From positions 1 through 28,489 of the IMG/VR virus record IMGVR_UViG_3300016471_000580: a DNA stretch of 28,489 nucleotides; one strand, written 5' to 3'. The DNA is from a virus. Its lineage: Duplodnaviria > Caudoviricetes. Position 1 is the stretch's first letter. Every line of letters starts with the position of its first letter. The notes below the pieces were generated by a model. It searched no databases. It saw nothing but the letters and a program-made list of their open reading frames with translations, and was not told the DNA's origin. The position numbers were made by a program, and so were the translations under genes. This document shows, piece after piece, positions 1 through 6,383 of the stretch.

Positions 1-107
1 ACCCACCACCAGTCCAAGTAGTGCATGACCTTATGGATCTTCTGAAACTCAATGGCGTCCAAAATATCCATCAAGTCTTCGTAGTGTTTATCAGTAAGTT
101 TCCGCAT
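1..107 (-). CDS. hypothetical protein (5' part only; runs off window)
   Basis: Hand translation from ATG at 107: MRKLTDKHYEDLMDILDAIEFQKIHKVMHYLDWWW...; open to the window edge and abuts the stop of the upstream small ORF. Confidence 0.6.
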   Translation of the reverse strand, partial: MRKLTDKHYEDLMDILDAIEFQKIHKVMHYLDWWW

Positions 108-108
108 G

Positions 109-219
109 TCAACCCCAAAATATCATAAACAATCTAATCATTACATACCAGCCCCCGATAATCACCGACATGATCAATATCATGTTAGCTATTCGGAAGA
201 ACCAGGATCTATCTTTCAC
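109..219 (-). CDS. 36-aa hydrophobic microprotein
   Basis: Hand translation (GTG start) MKDRSWFFRIANMILIMSVIIGGWYVMIRLFMIFWG; GTGA overlap with the upstream ORF stop; fills the gap exactly. Confidence 0.5.
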   Translation of the reverse strand: MKDRSWFFRIANMILIMSVIIGGWYVMIRLFMIFWG

Positions 220-311
220 GGCATCACAACCCATACTGCGAACAATCCGGGTAGGAATGTCATCAGAACAACACCGAGATAGAAAAGCTGTGCCTTTGTA
301 TACTCACTCAT
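216..311 (-). CDS. 31-aa hydrophobic microprotein
   Basis: Hand translation MSEYTKAQLFYLGVVLMTFLPGLFAVWVVMP; starts 4 nt after the stop of 316..750; one TM-like stretch. Confidence 0.55.
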   Translation of the reverse strand: MSEYTKAQLFYLGVVLMTFLPGLFAVWVVMP

Positions 312-315
312 CTCT

Positions 316-750
316 TTAAACTTCTTCACGGATATACTCCAAAAATTCTTCAATATTCCAGTATTCTTTCAGTTCCTCGGGTACTGAAGAATCATCAATA
401 TCCCAGGATTCGTCGACACCTTCGGAATACTGCCCGACAAAGAACATACCTGATTCAAAGTATGTCGCATTGATCTTGTAACCCGCTTCTTCCATCTTCT
501 CATAAAACTGAATCGGCGGGCCCCATGCTGTATCAAATGACAACTTGATACTGTTCTCGGTCACTTCTAATACCTCTGGAGTCGTATCCCACTTAGTACC
601 CCAGTTTTCGAGATTCCAGGAATACCAGTCTTCAACAGACTCGGGTTTCGGAAACATGATGCTGAACAGTTCCTGTTCCTCATCAAGTCCTTGCTTGATC
701 TTTGTAATGTCACCCTCAATGGTGACCTCGTTGTTGCACCAATTAGGCAT
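316..750 (-). CDS. YubB/Api92-like (DUF1281-related) ferredoxin-like domain protein
   Basis: Signature motifs MPNWCNN, NWGTKWD and FDTAWGPP; GGAGA Shine-Dalgarno upstream. Confidence 0.7.
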   Translation of the reverse strand: MPNWCNNEVTIEGDITKIKQGLDEEQELFSIMFPKPESVEDWYSWNLENWGTKWDTTPEVLEVTENSIKLSFDTAWGPPIQFYEKMEEAGYKINATYFESGMFFVGQYSEGVDESWDIDDSSVPEELKEYWNIEEFLEYIREEV

Positions 751-766
751 TCACATTCTCCAATTC

Positions 767-1012
767 TTATTCAAACATCTCGATTATCGCTTTACGATCC
801 TCGAGTTCTTCGATATTAATCTGCTTCTCTTCAATGTAATCATCCAATCGGTTGATCACATTAACAATCTCGCTCGCACCATCTAAAAAGTAAGTGCTAT
901 TCAAATAGCCAATTGCTTCATTCAAATGATGCTTGGCCTTTTTCAATCTAGAACACTCATTCTGAATTGAATTCATTTCTTTTTCAATGAATTTCATTTC
1001 TCTGAGCATCAT
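767..1012 (-). CDS. hypothetical coiled-coil protein
   Basis: ATGA overlap with the upstream gene, GGAGG SD, charged helical composition. Confidence 0.7.
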   Translation of the reverse strand: MMLREMKFIEKEMNSIQNECSRLKKAKHHLNEAIGYLNSTYFLDGASEIVNVINRLDDYIEEKQINIEELEDRKAIIEMFE

Positions 1013-1311
1013 GCTGCCTCCATTACTTCGTTATAGTCGATGATCGGTTCGTGATAGGTGATCTTGCCTTCGTATTCTAACTGCTCTTTCTCGAACGGTG
1101 ACAACCATTCGTCGTCCTGATGAGACCAGCAAATGATATACTCTTCGCTCATATCGCTCTTATACTCGATATCACATACCTTCGCGATCTCACTCACACT
1201 CACACCCACGGGAGCATTCAGCACCTTGTAGCAGAACCCACCTTTATTCTTCCAATACGGATCGTCGGGAGTACCGTAATTCTCTCTATATTGTGTGCTA
1301 ATCACCAACAT
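1009..1311 (-). CDS. conserved phage hypothetical protein (MLVISTQYRENYG...)
   Basis: Start moved from the track (1443) to ATG 1311, which has a GGAGG SD and a TAATG overlap; the 1443 extension runs through a promoter and another ORF. Confidence 0.7.
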   Translation of the reverse strand: MLVISTQYRENYGTPDDPYWKNKGGFCYKVLNAPVGVSVSEIAKVCDIEYKSDMSEEYIICWSHQDDEWLSPFEKEQLEYEGKITYHEPIIDYNEVMEAA

Positions 1312-1424
1312 TAGAATACCCTCCAAAAGTCGCCCGTTCCGAGCATCCAAATCACAAATAATAGACCACTGATACCCAGGGCTATCGCGCTTGCTACTAC
1401 CGTCTCTATGGTTTTCTTCATCAT
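1311..1424 (-). CDS. 37-aa single-TM microprotein, probably leaderless
   Basis: MMKKTIETVVASAIALGISGLLFVIWMLGTGDFWRVF; ATG lies 6 nt after the TATACT -10 box; stop overlaps the next ATG (TAATG). Confidence 0.65.
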   Translation of the reverse strand: MMKKTIETVVASAIALGISGLLFVIWMLGTGDFWRVF

Positions 1425-1430
1425 ATAAAC

Positions 1431-1459
1431 AGTATACGATCAAACGGTACGGAAGTCAA
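1431..1459 (-). promoter_or_regulatory. sigma70-type early promoter P1
   Basis: TTGACT (1459-1454), 17 bp spacer, TATACT (1436-1431). Confidence 0.85.
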
Positions 1460-1475
1460 GCCCCCGCAGGCATCG

Positions 1476-1488
1476 TAAGTCATTGATT
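1476..1488 (-). promoter_or_regulatory. IHF-consensus site upstream of P1
   Basis: AATCAATGACTTA matches WATCAANNNNTTR; lies 16 bp upstream of the -35; identical copy at 2512-2524. Confidence 0.6.
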
Positions 1489-1491
1489 TGG

Positions 1492-1839
1492 TCAGTGCCA
1501 TTTCCTGTGTTCTTCAGCAATCCATTCCAGACCGTCGTATTCATCGATGTACCACTTGACATCGTCTGGGATATCCACGATTTTCAATTCTGCGGCCCAA
1601 CCGTTGGCCTCTTCACCGAGTTTCTCTACTACGGCAACTAGTTCCGGATCATCTCGATCTAGATCACCCTCATAGAATTCTGGGCTTTCCTCGGTGTTGG
1701 TTCCTTTGAAATAGACCGTGAATCTCTCATTGGAAGTATCCTTGGTCATCTCCCAACCCTTCATTTCAAACAGAAGCTCAATCGCTTTATTTGATAGACC
1801 GAACCCACCATGGCATCTATTGATAACTACCTTAGGCAT
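1492..1839 (-). CDS. conserved phage hypothetical protein (KVVINxCxGGFGLS family)
   Basis: Motifs VINRCHGGFGLS, RDDPELVAVVE and EYDGLEWIAE; start placed at ATG 1839 behind AAGGAG. Confidence 0.8.
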   Translation of the reverse strand: MPKVVINRCHGGFGLSNKAIELLFEMKGWEMTKDTSNERFTVYFKGTNTEESPEFYEGDLDRDDPELVAVVEKLGEEANGWAAELKIVDIPDDVKWYIDEYDGLEWIAEEHRKWH

Positions 1840-1993
1840 TCTCAAACTCCTTCTGAAGTTCTTTGTATCGCTTCTCTAGTAAGCGAATCTTGTTCTCGAT
1901 ACGAGCATTTGAATCTGTGTCCAATTCTCCGCGGATCTCGCAGAGGTAGATCAGATCCTCCATTACCTTGTGAAACTCTTGTTCATTCTTCAT
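1832..1993 (-). CDS. 53-aa hypothetical protein
   Basis: Hand translation MKNEQEFHKVMEDLIYLCEIRGELDTDSNARIENKIRLLEKRYKELQKEFENA; GAGGAG SD; ATGA overlap; fills the gap. Confidence 0.7.
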   Translation of the reverse strand: MKNEQEFHKVMEDLIYLCEIRGELDTDSNARIENKIRLLEKRYKELQKEFENA

Positions 1994-2196
1994 ACAAACT
2001 CCTCATGCCGGGGAATGGCTTGGTTACATGCCTCTTCGAGCATCGCTTCGCGATCCGCTGCATTCAGCAACACCTCGATGCGCAGTGCTTTGCTCGGAGA
2101 GACATGATGAACTCGATACGCAAACTCCTCGAGTTCGTCTTTCGTGAGTGCAAGTACAGCATTGACAGCTTTGATAGTTTCGAAACTGGGTTTCAT
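1990..2196 (-). CDS. hypothetical protein
   Basis: ATG at 2196 (MKPSFE...) with ATGA overlap and AAGGA SD. Confidence 0.7.
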   Translation of the reverse strand: MKPSFETIKAVNAVLALTKDELEEFAYRVHHVSPSKALRIEVLLNAADREAMLEEACNQAIPRHEEFV

Positions 2197-2435
2197 GTCC
2201 AATCCTTTTCATCAGTTTGTTCAAGATATCCTGCAGTGTATGCTGCGATCTCTTCTTCAGACATATCTACTTCTTCGATGCGTGTGCTGTTATAAGTTTC
2301 CCCGGTGTAGTAATGTGGGGCAAACTCTCGGTTGTAATACTTGTCGGCGCTACCACGATCATATGCGCCTCCATGCCGGCTAAATACTTCTCTACTACCA
2401 TAATTTTCCAAAATCAACTCTTTGATCATACCCAT
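2193..2435 (-). CDS. conserved phage hypothetical protein (HGGxYDRGSADxYY family)
   Basis: Motif HGGAYDRGSADKYYNR..PHYY; ATG 2435 behind AAGGA, directly downstream of P2. Confidence 0.75.
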   Translation of the reverse strand: MGMIKELILENYGSREVFSRHGGAYDRGSADKYYNREFAPHYYTGETYNSTRIEEVDMSEEEIAAYTAGYLEQTDEKDWT

Positions 2436-2465
2436 TGTCTTTTCCTTTTTTCTCACTATACCATA

Positions 2466-2494
2466 ATTATACGATCAAACGGTCAGAATGTCAA
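2466..2494 (-). promoter_or_regulatory. perfect-consensus sigma70 early promoter P2
   Basis: TTGACA (2494-2489), 17 bp spacer, TATAAT (2471-2466). Confidence 0.9.
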
Positions 2495-2511
2495 GAGGGT
2501 CTCAGGCAACG

Positions 2512-2524
2512 TAAGTCATTGATT
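2512..2524 (-). promoter_or_regulatory. IHF-consensus site upstream of P2
   Basis: AATCAATGACTTA, 17 bp upstream of the -35, preceded by an A-rich tract. Confidence 0.6.
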
Positions 2525-2619
2525 TTTGTTTGGGTGCTTTGTTTTACGGGAGTAACGGGTTCGGATTCGCATAGCTATCGCCCTGTGCCGATTGTGCTTT
2601 GCGACGAAATTCCGCTGTT

Positions 2620-2937
2620 TTACTGGGTGTTGAGTGTTGGGCATAGTTCACCTATAAGTTCCCGTTCCTTGGCATGTGCTGCTGTCTTGCCTCGGACGAT
2701 CTCTAATATCTCATAAACGAAATTCTCTGGACCATGCTCCCGTATCTCTCTGCACAGCGTCCAGTCCTTGTCCTCGGTCAATGCTCGGCGGACATGCTTG
2801 TTGACGCGTACTTTGAGATCCTTGAGCCGATAACCCGCAGTGATGCCGATATAGGCGTTGCTGTTGGCTGTATTGGTCAGCTGATAAATGATGTGACGGC
2901 GATCTGACCTGCGTTTTCTTGTCGTTTTCTCATTCAT
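2620..2937 (-). CDS. small GIY-YIG nuclease family protein
   Basis: HIIYQL...AYIGIT, R..KH and a C-terminal E..LI...PTLN pattern typical of GIY-YIG catalytic domains; basic N-terminus. Confidence 0.75.
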   Translation of the reverse strand: MNEKTTRKRRSDRRHIIYQLTNTANSNAYIGITAGYRLKDLKVRVNKHVRRALTEDKDWTLCREIREHGPENFVYEILEIVRGKTAAHAKERELIGELCPTLNTQ

Positions 2938-2943
2938 ACTATA

Positions 2944-2972
2944 AGTATATAGCCAAATGAGTCAGAAGTCAA
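2944..2972 (-). promoter_or_regulatory. sigma70-type early promoter P3 (leaderless)
   Basis: TTGACT (2972-2967), 17 bp spacer, TATACT (2949-2944), then 6 nt to ATG 2937. Confidence 0.85.
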
Positions 2973-2985
2973 GCACTAAGTTAAA

Positions 2986-3633
2986 TTAGACCGGGCAGGA
3001 TCCGTCTGCGGAAACATAATAGTTTGTAGATATTACTGTACTAGGCTTAGATGATCTTCTCAAACTTATTGTTCCAAATATAAATGCACTTGCAGATTCA
3101 TCTACTCCCCGACCTATACCGCTTACAACTGAAGACATTTGAACATAATTTCCTATCGGTAGCCACGATGAAGAATATTGAAAAGACGTACCTGTCGGAC
3201 CAGACCAGGAAAATAGGAAATTATAATTTCCCACTATGGAAGTAGCAGGAAAAGCACCATTTCTTTCTTGTAAAACTGCTCGAGCAGTAATCTGAAATTG
3301 TTCATCCCCAAAAACTTGAGTAGCCCATCTAGAAGTTGAGCTTACTGAAGTTGAATGATTACCATCATCTGAACCGTTAATGTATGTTATACGTCCATCG
3401 GGTTCTATTAGAATTGTAGAATATGCCCCAGAACAATACCCCCCACTAACATATTGATATAGATCTCCCCCATCAAATCCTAAAGTAACTGCGGGGGCTG
3501 GGGCAGGTATACCAGATAGGCATCCATTGCCTCCGGTGAAATACGGCGCTAGGCTAAGAGCACAAGAACCAACGCTGAATCCTGCTCCTTGATATGCAGC
3601 TATAGCTTGAGATAGACAAGTATATGTGGACAT
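2986..3633 (-). CDS. Ser/Gly/Thr-rich putative virion or adhesin-like protein
   Basis: Own TATAAATA late promoter; beta-rich, low-charge composition unlike its neighbours. The function is inference. Confidence 0.55.
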   Translation of the reverse strand: MSTYTCLSQAIAAYQGAGFSVGSCALSLAPYFTGGNGCLSGIPAPAPAVTLGFDGGDLYQYVSGGYCSGAYSTILIEPDGRITYINGSDDGNHSTSVSSTSRWATQVFGDEQFQITARAVLQERNGAFPATSIVGNYNFLFSWSGPTGTSFQYSSSWLPIGNYVQMSSVVSGIGRGVDESASAFIFGTISLRRSSKPSTVISTNYYVSADGSCPV

Positions 3634-3649
3634 AATACCCTTTTACTAT

Positions 3650-3657
3650 TATTTATA
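3650..3657 (-). promoter_or_regulatory. T4-type late promoter
   Basis: TATAAATA (gp55 consensus) in the short intergenic gap. Confidence 0.8.
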
Positions 3658-3658
3658 G

Positions 3659-3862
3659 TTAGGGATTGCTGTACAAAATTATGCCTCGCTTATCAAAATC
3701 CTTCTTTTTTACTTCTTTATAATGATATTCTTTAACCATATCAAGCTTCTTGACAGCTTCGATATTAGATCTGAGGCTATAACCCCGGCAGGGTACGATG
3801 TGTTTGAATCCAGAAGCCCAGGTAACATATATGAAAAAGTACCCGTTTACGTCAATCTTCAC
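3659..3862 (-). CDS. hypothetical protein
   Basis: ORF track; GTG start overlapping the upstream gene. Confidence 0.6.
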   Translation of the reverse strand: MKIDVNGYFFIYVTWASGFKHIVPCRGYSLRSNIEAVKKLDMVKEYHYKEVKKKDFDKRGIILYSNP

Positions 3863-4178
3863 GCGGTTCCACCGGGATAAATTTGATATGTTTCTTTCGC
3901 TTCAACTTATGCTTGTATTCGATAAACTTACGGGCATCGAAGAAATTATCGAAGGTCATTTTCTTTCCCTTAGAATCTTCGAAGGTGAACCAAAGGAAAA
4001 GGAATTTATACTGAGGATAATACTCAGTCTTACCATCAGATTTACCAACGGTTTTGATTCTGTAAGTAACCTGTTTTTTCTTCTTATCAGGTACAGATTC
4101 AGTATCTCCAAGATCCTTGCGGATATTTTCAACCTGTGCTTTGAAATTATTTTTTATCTCGTCGAATACATCAGACAT
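3852..4178 (-). CDS. hypothetical basic protein
   Basis: ORF track; AGGAGA SD. Confidence 0.7.
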   Translation of the reverse strand: MSDVFDEIKNNFKAQVENIRKDLGDTESVPDKKKKQVTYRIKTVGKSDGKTEYYPQYKFLFLWFTFEDSKGKKMTFDNFFDARKFIEYKHKLKRKKHIKFIPVEPRED

Positions 4179-4187
4179 GTATATCTC

Positions 4188-4415
4188 CTATTCTATCAGT
4201 GTCCTGGATTGTACATCCCAATATTTTTCTACTGCCTTTTTCGCAAAATCAATATTGATGTACTGCCCGAGTATATCTTCTTCTCTGGCATTAACGGGTA
4301 TCTTTGCACCCCAGATTTTTGTATGTGCTAAATTATATACCTGTCCAACAATTAATCCATCTTCTTTACGGAAAAAATAAAATGTATTTGTATCCATATC
4401 TTTCCACTCGTGCAT
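4188..4415 (-). CDS. hypothetical protein
   Basis: ORF track; start set at ATG 4415 (TGATG overlap). Confidence 0.7.
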   Translation of the reverse strand: MHEWKDMDTNTFYFFRKEDGLIVGQVYNLAHTKIWGAKIPVNAREEDILGQYINIDFAKKAVEKYWDVQSRTLIE

Positions 4416-4600
4416 CACCATCTCCCGTCATCTAAAATTACTCGGATCCAAATGGGACCGAGGTATAAACAATTTTCAAATACATTATCGTTAGGCCATT
4501 CCTTACTTTCTCTTATCCATCCTAATCGCCAATGAAAAGGATTGAACACGATACCGACCCATACTCCTGAATATTTAATCCAATCAATGAGTTTCTGCAT
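4415..4600 (-). CDS. Trp-rich hypothetical protein
   Basis: ORF track; start set at MQKLIDW; motifs NPFHW and IRVILDDGRW. Confidence 0.65.
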   Translation of the reverse strand: MQKLIDWIKYSGVWVGIVFNPFHWRLGWIRESKEWPNDNVFENCLYLGPIWIRVILDDGRW

Positions 4601-4961
4601 AATATTGCGTAACTTTTTCTTCAGCATTTTCTATCATCAACCATTTAGCAAAATGCTCTAACATCTTTTGTTCTTGTTCTGCGGTGAAGATGGCATTATG
4701 GATTGCTAAGTATCCGGCTATCTGTGCAGGCGCGTATGCTTCTGGACCAAACCCAAACACATCGTACAGTACACCTCGATAGGATCGTTGTTCTTCGATG
4801 TCGCCTTTACAGATGCGTCGACTGACAGCGCAGAAGGCTTTTAATTGATCTTCCTTAGAGAGAGACTCCCAGAATTTCTCCTGATCCTCTTCGATCTCTT
4901 TCATTGCCTCGTTGAACTGATTTCTCATGTCATTCCATTCATCACTATTCAAATCTACCAT
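4584..4961 (-). CDS. conserved phage hypothetical protein
   Basis: ATG 4961 behind GGAGGA; motif SYRGVLYDVFGF. Confidence 0.75.
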   Translation of the reverse strand: MVDLNSDEWNDMRNQFNEAMKEIEEDQEKFWESLSKEDQLKAFCAVSRRICKGDIEEQRSYRGVLYDVFGFGPEAYAPAQIAGYLAIHNAIFTAEQEQKMLEHFAKWLMIENAEEKVTQYYAETH

Positions 4962-5158
4962 CGCTCTTCCTCCAGCCATCTAAACCCGTCGTCATTATTA
5001 TCAAATAGATCGCCCCTTTGACGATATCCGTCCTCACATGGGCCGCATACTGTCATGTAGCCGAGGGCCTTTTCTCCTATTCGGTTACAAGATTTTACAA
5101 GTACATTGTGTGTATGTTCAATATCTTCTACAGAATGTCCACAAGAACAGATGATCAT
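4955..5158 (-). CDS. small putative zinc-binding protein
   Basis: CSCGH ... CGPC motifs; ATGA overlap. Confidence 0.65.
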   Translation of the reverse strand: MIICSCGHSVEDIEHTHNVLVKSCNRIGEKALGYMTVCGPCEDGYRQRGDLFDNNDDGFRWLEEERW

Positions 5159-5388
5159 TTGTTATCCAATTTCTCTTTTATCTCTTTCAATCGAACTTCA
5201 GACTCTACTTGCCCCAATACGATAGAATAGAAGATGTAGAACATCCAGCCAAATACGCCGACTGTAATTAACCCGATCATGATATTAGTTGGTACCACGT
5301 TTATCAGTGTGATCGCGATTGCTGAGACGATCGCGCTGATCATAACTAGGATCAAGGTACGTTTGAATGCCTCATACTTAACGTTCAT
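5155..5388 (-). CDS. small two-TM membrane protein
   Basis: Two hydrophobic segments followed by a charged tail. Confidence 0.7.
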   Translation of the reverse strand: MNVKYEAFKRTLILVMISAIVSAIAITLINVVPTNIMIGLITVGVFGWMFYIFYSIVLGQVESEVRLKEIKEKLDNK

Positions 5389-5513
5389 TTTCTTTTCCTT
5401 TTCAAAAGTTCTGTTGTCTTATAGACCACCCATGAGACCGCACAGAACGTGTTAATAAAGAACATTATAACACCATCAGTAATCCTGTCAAGCAATCCAT
5501 ATCTCACTGCCAT
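5385..5513 (-). CDS. 42-aa microprotein with hydrophobic core and basic tail
   Basis: MAVRYGLLDRITDGVIMFFINTFCAVSWVVYKTTELLKRKRK; AAGGAGGT SD 6 nt upstream; ATGA overlap with the next gene. Confidence 0.6.
   Translation of the reverse strand: MAVRYGLLDRITDGVIMFFINTFCAVSWVVYKTTELLKRKRK
5464..5491 (-). promoter_or_regulatory. sigma70-type promoter P4 with extended -10
   Basis: TTGACA (5491-5486), 16 bp spacer, TATAAT (5469-5464), with TG at the extended -10 position. Confidence 0.75.
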
Positions 5514-6049
5514 TGTGGTACCTCCTTATAGAAGATATGGCGATCGATCTGAACTACGCGTCGTTTGTGGTGTCTCCATCTTGGTGCTACGTAATCGGCA
5601 TGGAAGTATTTAACCTTATCCATACCCGCCAATCTCACACCATCTACCAGTACCTGCTTGGTGATGGCCTGAGCTTCCTGCCACTTGGCCCCCCTCGGAT
5701 GCGACCATCTGATAGAATGATCATTGGCCCATGAGAACTGATATGGACTCATGACCACACTGCAGATATTCTTACCCCATCTGCCAGATTTAAGTCGATT
5801 GATAGTGACCTGTGCTACTGCTAATTTACCTTCGTAACTCTCGCCCCTTGCTTCATGGTAGATATTCTTCGCCATGCAGAAGGCATCGAGTTTAGTATGT
5901 TTGATCTGCAGATAGGTATTGACCGGAACCGGCACATCTAATTTCTTTTTCAGATCTTGTACTTCATCCTTTAGGGCGAAGTACTCCTTCATTACAAATA
6001 AACCAATTAGCAAAACTACCAGAGATAATACTGCCCTTGATACTCGCAT
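5504..6049 (-). CDS. SleB-like cell wall hydrolase (Hydrolase_2) with N-terminal TM anchor
   Basis: NIYHEARGE catalytic Glu motif, VAQVTINR, QFSW, YFHADYV and IDRHIFY; hydrophobic N-terminus. Confidence 0.88.
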   Translation of the reverse strand: MRVSRAVLSLVVLLIGLFVMKEYFALKDEVQDLKKKLDVPVPVNTYLQIKHTKLDAFCMAKNIYHEARGESYEGKLAVAQVTINRLKSGRWGKNICSVVMSPYQFSWANDHSIRWSHPRGAKWQEAQAITKQVLVDGVRLAGMDKVKYFHADYVAPRWRHHKRRVVQIDRHIFYKEVPQWQ

Positions 6050-6061
6050 TCGTTTCTCCTT

Positions 6062-6292
6062 TTAGAGTAACCGCCAAACTGTGCCAACCGTATAGATAAC
6101 AAATAATCCTAGGTTGACGGTTATCATAGCAAGATCCCTAATTCTAAAAGACCAGATGATGAAAAGGATGCTGCCTAGATTTAATGTCCAGACATTGTAG
6201 GGATCTAAAGCCATTGAGGTCATCAGCGCACCGATCAAGGTAATTATGGTGGCTGACCATTTTAGTACTACTGTCACTTTATTATTACGCAT
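6062..6292 (-). CDS. small multi-pass membrane protein
   Basis: Three hydrophobic segments (LKWSAT..., PYNVW..., AMITVN...); leaderless start. Confidence 0.75.
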   Translation of the reverse strand: MRNNKVTVVLKWSATIITLIGALMTSMALDPYNVWTLNLGSILFIIWSFRIRDLAMITVNLGLFVIYTVGTVWRLL

Positions 6293-6298
6293 AATTTA

Positions 6299-6327
6299 AT
6301 TATAAAGCCAACAGTGACAGTTGTCAA
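6299..6327 (-). promoter_or_regulatory. perfect-consensus sigma70 promoter P5 (leaderless)
   Basis: TTGACA (6327-6322), 17 bp spacer, TATAAT (6304-6299), then 6 nt to ATG 6292. Confidence 0.9.
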
Positions 6328-6339
6328 GCACTACTTAGC

Positions 6340-6365
6340 AAAAAGACCCGGAGACCGGGTCTTTT
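6340..6365 (-). terminator. intrinsic terminator (potentially bidirectional)
   Basis: AAAAGACCCGG-TCT-CCGGGTCTTTTT: GC-rich stem with a T-tract on both strands, after the 6383..6823 stop. Confidence 0.9.
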
Positions 6366-6366
6366 G

Positions 6367-6383
6367 ATTTCGTATTACGAAAT
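6367..6383. repeat. 17-bp palindrome
   Basis: ATTTCGTA-T-TACGAAAT, perfect 8-bp arms. Confidence 0.7.

Noticed and set aside
1312-1443. N-terminal extension of ORF 1009..1443
   Set aside because: It spans promoter P1 and the 37-aa ORF; a GGAGG SD supports ATG 1311 instead.
1431-2525. P1/P2 repeats as a CRISPR array or att sites
   Set aside because: Only two copies, ~1 kb apart, each coinciding with a promoter; no cas or integrase gene in the window.
2555-2572. GGGTTCGGATTCG resembling a tRNA T-arm
   Set aside because: No proper 5-bp T stem, acceptor stem, D arm or anticodon arm could be built; tRNAscan-SE or ARAGORN would settle it.
2967-6333. TGCTT next to the -35 of P3, P4 and P5 as T4 MotA boxes
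   Set aside because: A MotA box is centred near -30 and replaces the -35; here TGCTT overlaps the upstream edge of a canonical TTGAC hexamer.
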